Assembly: GCA_964016885.1 (NCBI GenBank)
Contig: OZ024743.1
Location: forward strand, 140,430,001 to 140,494,000
DNA from: Eledone cirrhosa
Taxonomy: Eukaryota
Length of the DNA: 64,000 nucleotides
Direction: 5' to 3'
This document shows positions 46,130-58,700 of the stretch, piece by piece. Position 1 is the first letter of the stretch. Each line of letters opens with the position of its first letter. The position numbers were made by a program, and so were the translations under genes. The notes beneath the pieces were generated by a model, which saw only the letters and a list, made by a program, of their open reading frames with translations, was not told where the DNA came from and made no database searches.

Positions 46130-49100
46130 TGGTGTTTGGTGCTTGGTGCTTGGTGCTTGGTGTTAGGTGTTTGGTGCTTGGTCCTTGGTGTTTGGTGCTT
46201 GGTGTTTGGTGTTTGCTGTTTGGTGTTTGGTGTTTCGTGTTTGGTGTTTGCTGTTTGGTGTCTGCTTTTTGGTGTTTGCTGTTTGGTGTCTGCTTTTTGG
46301 TGTTTAGTGTTTGCTGTATGGTGTTTGGTGTTTGCTGTTTGGTGTTTGGTCTTTGGTGCTTGGTGTTTGGTGCTTGGTGCTTGGTGTTTGGTGTTTGGTG
46401 CTTGGTGCTTGGTGTTTGGTGTTTGGTGCTTGGTGTTTGGTGTTTGGTGCTTGGTGTCTGGTGCTTGGTGTTTGGTTTTTGGTGCTTGGTGTTTGGTGTT
46501 TGGTGCTTGGTGTTTGGTGTTTGGTGTTTGGTGCTTGGTGCTTGGTGTTTGGTGTTTGGTGTTTGGTGCTTGGTGTCTGGTGCTTGGTGTTTGGTGTTTG
46601 GTGCTTGGTGTTTGGTGTTTGGTGTTTGGTGCTTGGTGTCTGGTGCTTGGTGTTTGGTGTTTGGTGCTTGGTGTTTGGTGTTTGGTGTTTGGTGCTTGGT
46701 GCTTGGTGCTTGGTGTTTTGTGTTTGGTGCTTGGTGCTTGGTGTTTGGTGCTTGGTGCTTGGTGGTTGGTGTTTGGTGCTTGGTGTTTGGTGCTGGGTGC
46801 TTGGTGTTTGGTGCTGGGTGCTTGGTATTTGGTGCTTGGTGCTTGGTCTTTGGTGCTTGGTGTTTGGTGCTTGGTGCTTGGTGTTTGGTGCTTGGTGCTT
46901 GGTGTTTGGTGCTTGGTGCTTGGTGTTTGGTTTTTGGTGCTTGGTGCTTGGTGTTTGGTGTTTGGTGCTTGCTGCTGGCTGCTTGGTGTTTGATGCATGG
47001 TGATTGGTGCTTGGTGTTTGGTGCTTGGTGTTTGGTGTTTGATGCTTGGTGCTTGATGCTTGGTGTTTGGTGCTTGGTGCTTGGTGCTTGGTGTTTGGTG
47101 CTTGGTGTTTGGTGCTTGGTGTTTGGTGCTTGGTGCTTGGTGCTTGGGGCTTGGTGTTTGGTGGTTGGTGCTTGGTGCTTGGTGTTAGGTGTTTGGTGCT
47201 TGGTGCTTGGTGGTTGGTGTTTGGTGCTTGGTGTTTGGTGCTGGGTGCTTGGTTTTTGGTGCTGGGTGCTTGGTGTTTGGTGCTTGGTGCTTGGTGTTTG
47301 GTGCTTTGTGTTTGGTGCTTGGTGCTTGGTGCTTGGTGTTTGGTGTTTGGTGCTTGGTGTTTGGTGCTTGGTGCTTGGTGTTTGGTTTTTGGTGCTTGGT
47401 GTTTGGTGTTTGGTGTTTGGTGCTTGCTGCTGGCTGCTTGGTGTTTGATGCATGGTGATTTGTGCTTGGTGTTTGGTGCTTGGTGTTTGGTGTTTGATGC
47501 TTGGTGCTTGGTGTTTGGTGTTTGATGCTTGGTGCTTGGTGCTTGGTGTTTGGTGCTTGGTGTTTGGTGTTTGGTGCTTGGTCATTGGTGTTTCTACTTG
47601 GTGCTTGGTGCTTGGTTCTTGGTGTTTGGTGCTTGGTGCTTGGTGTTTGGTGTTATATGCTTGTTGTTTGATGCTTGGTGCTTGGTGCTTGGTGTTTGGT
47701 GTTTGGTGTTTGATGCTTGGTGCTTGGTGTTTGGTGCTTGGTGCTTGGTGTTTGTACTTGGTGCTTGGTGCTTGGTGCTTGGTGTTTGGTGCTTGGTGCT
47801 TGGTGCTTGGTGTTAGGTGTTTGGTGCTTGGTCCTTGGTGTTTGGTGCTTGGTGTTTGGTGTTTGCTGTTTGGTGTTTGGTGTTTCGTGTTTGGTGTTTG
47901 CTGTTTGGTGTCTGCTTTTTGGTGTTTGCTGTTTGGTGTCTGCTTTTTGGTGTTTAGTGTTTGCTGTATGGTGTTTGGTGTTTGCTGTTTGGTGTTTGGT
48001 CTTTGGTGCTTGGTGTTTGGTGCTTGGTGCTTGGTGTTTGGTGTTTGGTGCTTGGTGCTTGGTGTTTGGTGTTTGGTGCTTGGTGTTTGTTGTTTGGTGC
48101 TTGGTGTCTGGTGCTTGGTGTTTGGTTTTTGGTGCTTGGTGTTTGGTGTTTGGTGCTTGGTGTTTGGTGTTTGGTGTTTGGTGCTTGGTGCTTGGTGTTT
48201 GGTGTTTGGTGTTTGGTGCTTGGTGTCTGGTGCTTGGTGTTTGGTGTTTGGTGCTTGGTGTTTGGTGTTTGGTGTTTGGTGCTTGGTGTCTGGTGCTTGG
48301 TGTTTGGTGTTTGGTGCTTGGTGTTTGGTGTTTGGTGTTTGGTGCTTGGTGCTTGGTGCTTGGTGTTTTGTGTTTGGTGCTTGGTGCTTGGTGTTTGGTG
48401 CTTGGTGCTGGGTGGTTGGTGTTTGGTGCTTGGTGTTTGGTGCTGGGTGCTTGGTGTTTGGTGCTGGGTGCTTGGTATTTGGTGCTTGGTGCTTGGTCTT
48501 TGGTGCTTGGTGTTTGGTGCTTGGTGCTTGGTGTTTGGTGCTTGGTGCTTGGTGTTTGGTGCTTGGTGCTTGGTGTTTGGTTTTTGGTGCTTGGTGCTTG
48601 GTGTTTGGTGTTTGGTGCTTGCTGCTGGCTGCTTGGTGTTTGATGCATGGTGATTGGTGCTTGGTGTTTGGTGCTTGGTGTTTGGTGTTTGATGCTTGGT
48701 GCTTGGTGCTTGGTGTTTGGTGCTTGGTGCTTGGTGCTTGGTGTTTGGTGCTTGGTGTTTGGTGCTTGGTGTTTGGTGCTTGGTGCTTGGTGCTTGGTGC
48801 TTGGTGTTTGGTGGTTGGTGCTTGGTGCTTGGTGTTAGGTGTTTGGTGCTTGGTGCTTGGTGGTTGGTGTTTGGTGCTTGGTGTTTGGTGCTGGGTGCTT
48901 GGTTTTTGGTGCTGGGTGCTTGGTGTTTGGTGCTTGGTGCTTGGTGTTTGGTGCTTTGTGTTTGGTGCTTGGTGCTTGGTGCTTGGTGTTTGGTGTTTGG
49001 TGCTTGGTGTTTGGTGCTTGGTGCTTGGTGTTTGGTTTTTGGTGCTTGGTGTTTGGTGTTTGGTGTTTGGTGCTTGCTGCTGGCTGCTTGGTGTTTGATG

Positions 49101-49430
49101 CATGGTGATTTGTGCTTGGTGTTTGGTGCTTGGTGTTTGGTGTTTGATGCTTGGTGCTTGGTGTTTGGTGTTTGATGCTTGGTGCTTGGTGCTTGGTGTT
49201 TGGTGCTTGGTGTTTGGTGCTTGGTGCTTGGTGCTTGGTGTTTGGTGCTTGGTATTTGGTGTTTCTACTTGGTGCTTGGTGCTTGGTTCTTGGTGTTTGG
49301 TGCTTGGTGCTTGGTGTTTGGTGTTATATGCTTGGTGTTTGATGCTTGGTGCTTGGTGCTTGGTGTTTGGTGTTTGGTGTTTGATGCTTGGTGCTTGTTG
49401 TTTGGTGCTTGGTGCTTGGTGTTTGTACTT
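46130..49430 (+). repeat. Tandem duplication, period 1650 bp
   Basis: ORF pairs 46311/47961, 47046/48696 and 47189/48839 are offset by 1650 = 236x7 - 2 (hexamers at 47592 and 47752). NsiI-type ATGCAT pairs at 46993/48643 and 47448/49098. Confidence 0.92.
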
Positions 49431-52400
49431 GGTGCTTGGTGCTTGGTGCTTGGTGTTTGGTGCTTGGTATTTGGTGCTTGGTGCTTGGTGCTTGGTCCTT
49501 GGTGCTTGGTGTTTGGTGGTTGGTGTTTGGTGGTTGGTGTTAGGTGTTTGGTGCTTGGTGCTTGGTGTTTGGTGTTTGGTGTTTGGTGTTTGGTGCTTGG
49601 TGTTTGATGCTTGGTGCTTGGTGCTTGGTGTTTGGTGCTTGGTGCTTGGTGTTTGGTGCTTGGTGCTTGGTGTTTGGTGCTTGGTGTTTGGTGCTTGGTG
49701 TTTGGTGCTTGGTGCTTGGTGCTTGGTGCTTGGTGTTTGGTGTTTGGTGCTTGGTGTTTGGTGCTTGGTACTTGGTGCTTGGTGCTTGGTGATAGGTGTT
49801 TGGTGCTTGGTGCTTGGTGTCTGGTTTTTGGTGCTTGGTTCTTGGTGTTTGGTGCTTGCTGCTGGCTGCTTGGTGTTTGGTGCTTGGTGATTGGTGCTTG
49901 GTGTTTGGTGTTTGGTGCTAGGTGCTTGGTGTTTGGTGCTTGGTGCTTGGTGTTTGTACTTGGTGCTTGGTGCTTGGTTCTTGGTGTTTGGTGCTTCGTG
50001 CTTGGTGTTTGGTGCTTGGTGCTTGGTGTTTGGTGCTTGGTGTTTGGTGCTTGGTGTTTGGTGCTTGGTGCTTGGTGCTTGGTGTTTGGTGCTTGGTGTT
50101 TGGTGCTTGGTGTTAGGTGTTTGGTGCTTGGTGCTTGGTGTTTGGTGTTTGGTGCTTGGTGTTTGGTGTTTGGTGTTATATGCTTGGTGTTTGATGCTTG
50201 GTGCTTGGTGCTTGGTGTTTGGCGCTTGGTGTTTGATGCTTGGTGCTTGGTGCTTGGTGTTTGGTGCTTGGTGCTTGGTGTTTGTACTTGGTGCTTGGTG
50301 CTTGGTTCTTGGTGTTTGGTGCCTGGTGTTTGGTGTTTGGTGTTATATGCTTGGTGTTTGATGCTTGGTGCTTGGTGCTTGGTGTTTGGTGCTTGGTGTT
50401 TGATGCTTGGTGCTTGGTGCTTGGTGTTTGGTGCTTGGTGCTTGGTGTTTGTACTTGGTGCTTGGTGCTTGGTTCTTGGTGTTTGGTGCTTGGTGCTTGG
50501 TGTTTGGTGCTTGGTGCTTGGTGTTTGGTGCTTGGTGTTTGGTGCTTGGTGTTAGGTGTTTGGTGCTTGGTGCTTGGTGTTTGGTGTTTGGTGCTTGGTG
50601 TTTGGTGCTTGGTGTTTGGTGTTAGGTGTTTGGTGCTTGGTGTTTGGTGTTTGGTGCTTGGTGTTTGGTGCTTGGTGTTTGGTGCTTGGTGTTTGGTGCT
50701 TGGTACTTGGTGCTTGGTGCTTCGTGTTAGGTGTTTGGTGCTTGGTGCTTGGTGTTTGGTGTTTGGTTTTTGGTGCTTGGTGTTTGGTGTTTGGTGTTTG
50801 GTGCTTGCTGCTGGCTGCTTGGTGTTTGATGCATGGTGATTTGTGCTTGGTGTTTGGTGCTTGGTGTTTGGTGTTTGATGCTTGGTGCTTGGTGTTTGGT
50901 GTTTGATGCTTGGTGCTTGGTGCTTGGTGTTTGGTGCTTGGTGTTTGGTGTTTGGTGCTTGGTCATTGGTGTTTCTACTTGGTGCTTGGTGTTTGTACTT
51001 GGTGCTTGGTGCTTGGTGCTTGGTGTTTGGTGCTTGGTATTTGGTGCTTGGTGCTTGGTGCTTGGTCCTTGGTGCTTGGTGTTAGGTGGTTGGTGTTTGG
51101 TGGTTGGTGTTAGGTGTTTGGTGCTTGGTGCTTGGTGTTTGGTGTTTGGTGCTTGGTGTTTGGTGTTTGGTGCTTGGTGTTTGGTGCTTGGTACTTGGTG
51201 CTTGGTGCTTGGTGTTAGGTGTTTGGTGCTTGGTGTTTGGTGCTTGGTGTTTGGTGCTTGGTGCTTGGTGCTTGGTGCTTGGTGTTTGGTGGTTGGTGTT
51301 TGGTGCTTGGTGTTTGGTGCTTGGTGTTACGTGTTTGGTGCTTGGTGCTTGGTGTTTGGTGTTTGGTGCTTGGTGTTTGGTGTTTGGTGCTTGGTGTTTG
51401 GTGCTTTTTGCTTGGTGCTTGGTGCTTGGTGTTTGGTGCTGGGTGCTTGGTGCTTGGTGTTTGGTGTTATATGCTTGGTGTTTGATGCTTGGTGCTTGGT
51501 GCTTGGTGTTTGGTGTTTGGTGCTTGGTGTTTGATGCTTGGTGCTTGGTGCTTGGTGTTTGGTGCTTGGTGCTTGGTGTTTGGTGCTTGGTGCTTGGTGT
51601 TTGGTGCTTGGTGTTTGGTGCTTGGTGTTTGGTGATTGGTGCTTGGTGCTTGGTGCTTGGTGCTTGGTGTTTGGTGTTTGGTGCTTGGTGTTTGGTGCTT
51701 GGTACTTGGTGCTTGGTGCTTGGTGTTAGGTGTTTGGTGCTTGGTGCTTGGTGTCTGGTTTTTGGTGCTTGGTGCTTGGTGTTTGGTGCTTGCTGCTGGC
51801 TGCTTGGTGTTTGGTGCTTGGTGATTGGTGCTTGGTGTTTGGTGTTTGGTGCTAGGTGCTTGGTGTTTGGTGCTTGGTGCTTGGTGTTTGTACTTGGTGC
51901 TTGGTGCTTGGTTCTTGGTGTTTGGTGCTTCGTGCTTGGTGTTTGTACTTGGTGCTTGGTGATTGGTGTTTGGTTCTTGGTTCTTGGTGTTTGGTGTTTG
52001 GCGTTTGGTGTTTGGTGCTTGGTGCTTGGTGTTTGGTGCTTGGTGCTTGGCGTTTGGTGCCTGGTGCTTGGTGCTTGGTGTTTGGTGTTTGGTGCTTGGT
52101 GCTTGGTGCTTGGAGTTTGGTGTTTGGTGCTTGGTGCTTTGTGTTTTGTGTTTGGTGTTTGGTTTTTGGTGCTTGGTGCTTGGTCCTTGGTGTTTGGTGC
52201 TGGGTGCTTTGTGTTTGGTGCTTGGTGCTTGGTGTTTGGTGTTTGCTGCTTGGTGTTTGATGCTTGGTGCTTGGTGCTTGGTGTTTTGTGTTTGGTGCTT
52301 GGTTCTTGGTGTTTGGTGCTTGGTGCTTGGTACTTGGTGTTTGTACTTGGTGCTTGGTGCTTGGTGTTTGGTATTGGTTCTTGGTGTTTGGTACTTGGTG

Positions 52401-52709
52401 CTTGGTGCTTGGTGTTTTGTGTTTGGTACTTGGTGTTTGGTGCTTGGTGTTTGGTGTTTGCTGTTTGGTGTTTGGTGTTTCGTGTTTGGTGTTTGCTGTT
52501 TGGTGTCTGCTTTTTGGTGTTTAGTGTTTGCTGTATGGTGTTTGGTGTTTGCTGTTTGGTGTTTGGTCTTTGGTGCTTGGTGTTTGGTGCTTGGTGCTTG
52601 GTGTTTGGTGTTTGGTGCTTGGTGCTTGGTGTTTGGTGTTTGGTGCTTGGTGTTTGGTGTTTGGTGCTTGGTGTCTGGTGCTTGGTGTTTGGTTTTTGGT
52701 GCTTGGTGT

Positions 52710-55700
52710 TTGGTGTTTGGTGCTGGGTGCTTGGTGTTTGGTGTTTGGTGTTATATGCTTGGTGTTTGATGCTTGGTGCTTGGTGCTTGGTGTTTGGTGT
52801 TTGGTGCTTGGTGTTTGGTGCTTGGTGCTTGGTGTTTGGTGCTTGGTGCTTGGTGCTTGGTGTTTGGTGCTTGGTGCTTGGTGTTAGGTGTTTGGTGCTT
52901 GGTGCTTGGTGTTTGGTGTTTGGTGCTTGGTGTTTGGTGTTTGGTGTTTGGTGTTTGGTGCTTGGTACTTGGTGCTTGGTGCTTGGTGTTAGGTGTTTGG
53001 TGCTTGGTGTTTGGTGTCTGGTTTTTGGTGCTTGGTGCTTGGTGTTTGGTGCTTGCTGCTGGCTACTTGGTGTTTGGTGCTTGGTGATTGGTGCTTGGTG
53101 TTTGGTGCTTGGTGTTTGGTGTTTGGTGCTAGGTGCTTGGTGTTTGGTGCTTGGTGCTTGGTGTTTGTACTTGGTGCATGGTGCTTGGTTCTTGGTGTTT
53201 GGTGCTTGGTGCTTGGTGTTTGGTGCTTGGTGCTTGGTGTTTGGTGCTTGGTGTTTGGTGCTTGGTGTTTGGTGCTTGGTGCTTGGTGCTTGGTGTTTGG
53301 TGCTTGGTGTTTGGTGCTTGGTGTTAGGTGTTTGGTGCTTGGTGCTTGGTGTTAGGTGTTTGGTGCTTGGTGTTTGGTGCTTGGTGTTTGGTGCTTGGTG
53401 CTTGGTGCTTGGTGCTTGGTGTTTGGTGGTTGGTGTTTGGTGCTTGGTGTTAGGTGTTTGGTGCTTGGTGCTTGGTGTTTGGTGTTTGGTGCTTGGTGTT
53501 TGGTGTTTGGTGCTTGGTGTTTGGTGCTTTTTGCTTGGTGCTTGGTGCTTGGTGTTTGGTGCTTGGTGCTTGGTGTTTGGTGCTGGGTGCTTGGTGTTTG
53601 GTGTTTGGTGTTATATGCTTGGTGTTTGATGCTTGGTGCTTGGTGCTTGGTGTTTGGTGTTTGGTGCTTGGTGTTTGATGCTTGGTGCTTGGTGCTTGGT
53701 GTTTGGTGCTTGGTGCTTGGTGTTTGGTGCTTGGTGCTTGGTGTTTGGTGCTTGGTGTTTGGTGCTTGGTGTTTGGTGCTTGGTGCTTGGTGCTTGGTGC
53801 TTGGTGTTTGGTGGTTGGTGCTTGGTGCTTGGTGTTAGGTGTTTGGTGCTTGGTGCTTGGTGTTTGGTGTTTGGTGCTTGGTGTTTGGTGTTTGGTGCTT
53901 GGTGTTTGGTGCTTGGTACTTGGTGCTTGGTGCTTGGTGTTAGGTGTTTGGTGCTTGGTGTTTGGTGTCTGGTTTTTGGTGCTTGGTGCTTGGTGCTTAG
54001 TGTTTGGTGCTTGGTGCTTAGTGTTTGGTGCTAGGTGCTTGGTGTTTTGTGCTTGGTGCTTGGTGTTTGGTGCCTGGTGCTTGGTGTTTGGTGTTTGGTG
54101 TTTGGTGCTTGGTGCTTGGTGTTTGGTGTTTGCTGTTTGCTGTTTGTTGTTTGGTGTTTGCTGTTTGGTGTTTGGTGTTTGCTTTTTGGTGCTTGGTGTT
54201 TGATGCTTGGTGCTTGGTGCTTGGTGTTTGGTGCTTGGTGCTTGGTGTTTGGTGTTTGGTGCTTGGTGCTTGGTGTTTGGTGCTTGCTGCTGGCTGCTTG
54301 GTGTTTGGTGCTTGGTGATTGGTGCTTGGTGTTTGGTGCTTGGTGTTTGGTGTTTGGTGCTAGGTGCTTGGTGTTTGGTGCTTGGTGCTTGGTGTTTGTA
54401 CTTGGTGCTTGGTGCTTGGTTCTTGGTGTTTGGTGCTTGGTGCTTGGTGTTTGGTGCTTGGTGCTTGGTGTTTGGTGCTTGGTGTTTGGTGCTTGGTGTT
54501 TGGTGTTTGGTGCTTGGTGCTTGGTGTTTGGTGCTTGGTGTTTGGTGCTTGGTGTTAGGTGTTTGGTGCTTGGTGCTTGGTGTTTGGTGTTTGGCGCTTG
54601 GCGTTTGGTGTTTGGTGTTATATGCTTGGTGTTTGATGCTTGGTGCTTGGTGCTTGGTGTTTGGTGCTTGGTGTTTGATGCTTGGTGCTTGGTGCTTGGT
54701 GTTTGGTGCTTGGTGCTTGGTGTTTGTACTTGGTGCTTGGTGCTTGGTTCTTGGTGTTTGGTGCTTGGTGCCTGGTGTTTGGTGTTTGGTGCTTGGTGTT
54801 TGGTGCTTGGTGTTTGGTGCTTGGTGCTTGGTGCTTAGTGCTTGGTGTTTGGTGCTTGGTGTTAGGTGTTTGGTGCTTGGTGCTTGGTGTTTGGTGTTTG
54901 GTGCTTGGTGTTTGGTGCTTGGTGTTTGGTGTTAGGTGTTTGGTGCTTGCTGTTTGGTGTTTGGTGCTTGGTGTTTGGTGCTTGGTGTTTGGTGCTTGGT
55001 GTTTGGTGCTTGGTACTTGGTGCTTGGTGCTTGGTGTTAGGTGTTTGGTGCTTGGTGCTTGGTGTTTGGTTTTTGGTGCTTGGTGCTTGGTGTTTGGTGT
55101 TTGGGGCTTGCTGCTGGCTGCTTGGTGTTTGTTGCTTGGTGATTGGTGCTTGGTGTTTTGTGCTTGGTGTTTGGTGTTTGGTGTTTGGTGCTAGGTGCTT
55201 GGTGTTTGGTGCTTGGTGCTTGGTGCTTGGTGTTTGGTGTTTGGTGTTAGGTGCTTGATGCTTGGTGTTTGGTGCTTGGTGCTGGGTGGTTGGTGTTTAG
55301 TGCTTGGTGTTTGGTGCTGGGTGCTTGGTGTTTGGTGCTTGGTGCTTGGTCTTTGGTGCTTGGTGTTTGGTGTTTGGTGCTTGGTGCTTGGTGCTTGGTG
55401 TTTGGTGCTTGGTGCTTGGTGTTTGGTGCTTGGTGCTTAGTGTTTGGTGCTTGGTGCTTAGTGTTTGGTGCTAGGTGCTTGGTGTTTGGTGCTTGGTGCT
55501 TGGTGTTTGGTGCCTGGTGCTTGGTGTTTGGTGTTTGGTGTTTGGTGCTTGGTGCTTGGTGTTTGGTGTTTGCTGTTTGCTGTTTGTTGTTTGGTGTTTG
55601 CTGTTTGGTGTTTGGTGTTTGCTTTTTGGTGCTTGGTGTTCGGTGCTTGGTGCTTGGTGTTTGGTGCTTGGTGTTCGGTGCTTGGTGCTTGGTGTTTGGT

Positions 55701-58700
55701 GCCTGGTGCTTGGTGCTTGGTGCTTGGTGTTTGGTGTTTGGTGCTTGGTGCTTGGAGTTTGGTGTTTGGTGCTTGGTGCTTGGTGTTTCGTGTTTCGTGT
55801 TTGGTTTTTGGTGCTTGGTGCTTGGTGCTTGGTCCTTGGTGTTTGGTGTTTGCTGCTTGGTGTTTGATGCTTGGTGCTTGGTGCTTGGTGTTTTGCGTTT
55901 GGTGCTTGGTGGTTGGTGTTTGGTGCTTGGTGCTTGGTGCTTGGTGTTTGTACTTGGTGATTGGTGTTTGGTTCTTGGTTCTTGGTGTTTGGTGTTTGGC
56001 GTTTGGTGTTTGGTGCTTGGTGCTTGGTGTTTGGTGCTTGGTGCTTGGTGTTTGGTGCCTGGTGCTTGGTGCTTGGTGTTTGGTGTTTGGTGCTTGGTGC
56101 TTGGTGCTTGGTCCTTGGTGTTTGGTGCTGGGTGCTTTGTGTTTGGTGCTTGGTGCTTGGTGTTTGGTGTTTGCTGCTTGGTGTTTGATGCTTGGTGCTT
56201 GGTGCTTGGTGTTTTGTGTTTGGTGCTTGGTTCTTGGTGTTTGGTGCTTGGTGCTTGGTACTTGGTGTTTGTACTTGGTGCTTGGTGCTTGGTGTTTGGT
56301 TCTTGGTTCTTGGTGTTTGGTACGTGGTGCTTCGTGCTTGATGTTTGGTGTTTGGTGCTTGGTGTTTGGTGCTTGGTGCTTGGTGCTTGGTGTTAGGTGT
56401 TTGGTGCTTGGTCCTTGTTGTTTGGTGCTTGGTGTTTGGTGTTTGCTGTTTGGTGTTTGGTGTTTGGTGTTTGGTGTTTGCTGTTTGATGTCTGCTTTTT
56501 GGTGTTCAGTGTTTGCTGTATGGTGTTTGGTGTTTGCTGTTTGGTGTTTGGTCTTTGGTCCTTGGTGTTTGGTGCTTGGTGCTTGGTGTTTGGTGTTTGG
56601 TGCTTGGTGCTTGGTGTTTGGTGTTTGGTGCTTGGTGTTTGGTGTTTGGTGCTTGGTGTCTGGTGCTTGGTGTTTGGTTTTTGGTGCTTGGTGTTTGGTG
56701 TTTGGTGTTTGGTGTTTGGTGCTTGGTGCTTGGTGTTTGGTGTTTGGTGCTTGGTGTCTGGTGCTTGGTGTTTGGTGTTTGGTGTTTGGTGCTTGGTGCT
56801 TGGTGCTTGGTGTTTGGTGTTTGGTGCTTGGTGTTTGGTGCTTGGTGCTGGGTGGTTGGTGTTTGGTGCTTGGTGTTTGGTGCTGGGTGCTTGGTGTTTG
56901 GTGCTGGGTGCTTGGTGTTTGGTGCTTGGTGCTTGGTCTTTGGTGCTTGGTGTTTGGTGCTTGGTGCTTGGTGCTTGGCGTTTGGTGGTTGGTGCTTGGT
57001 GTTTGGTGCTTGGTGCTTGGTGTTTGGTTTTTGGTGCTTGGTGCTTGGTGTTTGGTGTTTGGTGCTTGCTGCTGGCTGCTTGGTGTTTGATGCATGGTGA
57101 TTGGTGCTTGGTGTTGGTGCTTGGTGTTTGGTGTTTGATGCTTGGTGCTTGGTGCTTGGTGTTTGGTGCTTGGTGCTTGGTGTTTGGTGCTTGGTGCTTG
57201 GTGTTTGGTGCTTGGTGTTTGGTGCTTGGTGCTTGGTGTTTGGTGCTTGGTGTTTGGTGGTTGATGCTTGGTGCTTGGTGTTAGGTGTTTGGTGCTTGGT
57301 GCTTGGTGTTTGGTGTTTGGTGCTTGGTGTTTGGTGTTTGGTGCTTGGTGTTTGGTGCTTGGTACTTGGTGCTTGGTGCTTGGTGTTAGGTGTTTGGTGC
57401 TTGGTGCTTGGTGTCTGGTTTTTGGTGCTTGGTGCTTGGTGTTTGGTGTTTGGTGCTTGCTGCTGGCTGCTTGGTGTTTGGTGCTTGGTGATTGGTGCTT
57501 GGTGTTTGGTGTTTGGTGTTTGGTGTTTGGTGCTTGGTGATTGGTGTTTGTACTTGGTGCTTGGTGCTTGGTTCTTGGTGTTTGGTGCTTGGTGCTTGGT
57601 GTTTGGTGTTATATGCTTGGTGTTTGATGCTTGGTGCTTGGTGCTTGGTGCTTGGTGTTTGGTGTTTGGTGTTTGATGCTTGGTGCTTGGTGTTTGGTGC
57701 TTGGTGCTTGGTGTTTGTACTTGGTGCTTGGTGCTTGGTGCTTGGTGTTTGGTGCTTGGTGCTTGGTGCTTGGTCCTTGGTGCTTGGTGTTTGGTGGTTG
57801 GTGTTTGGTGCTTGGTGTTAGGTGCTTGGTGCTTGGTGCTTGGTGTTTGGTGTTTGGTGCTTGGTGTTTGGTGTTTGGTGCTTGGTATTTGGTGCTTGGT
57901 ACTTGGTGCTTGGTGCTTGGTGTTAGGTGTTTGGTGCTTGGTGTTTGGTGCTTGGTGTTTGGTGCTTGGTGCTTGGTGCTTGGTGCTTGGTGTTTGGTGG
58001 TTGGTGTTTGGTGCTTGGTGTTTGGTGCTTGGTGTTAGGTGCTTGGTGATTGGTGCTTGGTGTTTGGTGTTTGGTGCTTGGTGTTTGGTGTTTGGTGCTT
58101 GGTGTTTGGTGCTTTTTGCTTGGTGCTTGGTGCTTGGTGTTTGGTGCTGGGTGCTTGGTGCTTGGTGTTTCGTGTTATATGCTTGGTGTTTGATGCTTGG
58201 TGCTTGGTGCTTGGTGTTTGGTGTTTGGTGCTTGGTGTTTGATGCTTGGTGCTTGGTGCTTGGTGTTTGGTGCTTGGTGCTTGGTGTTTGGTGCTTGGTG
58301 CTTGGTGTTTGGTGCTTGGTGTTTGGTGCTTGGTGTTTGGTGCGTGGTGCTTGGTGCTTGGGGCTTGGTGTTTGGTGGTTGGTGCTTGGTGCTTGGTGTT
58401 AGATGTTTGGTGCTTGGTGCTTGGTGTCTGGTTTTTGGTGCTTGGTGCTTGGTGTTTGGTGCTTGTTGCTGGCTGCTTGGTGTTTGGTGCTTGGTGATTG
58501 GTGCTTGGTGTTTGGTGCTTGGTGTTTGGTGTTTGGTGCTTGGTGTTTGTACTTGGTGTTTGGTGCTTGGTGTTTGGTGCTAGGTGCTTGGTGTTTGGTG
58601 CTTGGTGCTTGGTGTTTGGTGCCTGGTGCTTGGTGTTTGGTGTTTGGTGTTTGGTGCTTGGTGCTTGGTGTTTGGTGTTTGCTGTTTGCTGTTTGGTGTT

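Noticed and set aside
47578-47584. TTGGTCA, identical to cyanobacterial STRR2 (also 50959-50965)
   Set aside because: Only two isolated variant units. STRR tracts are short intergenic repeats, not arrays of tens of kb.
45696-49103. 1135-aa - strand ORF (TKHQAPS/TKHQTPN)n resembling a mucin or an RNA polymerase II CTD-like heptad protein; similar ORFs at 15252..17087, 31169..32968 and 35412..37211
   Set aside because: It is the reverse translation of the same satellite. The ATG comes from the ATGCAT variant. There is no signal peptide or non-repeat domain, variation follows 7-bp rather than codon position, and the heptad is not YSPTSPS. Only ribosome profiling or proteomics could rescue it.
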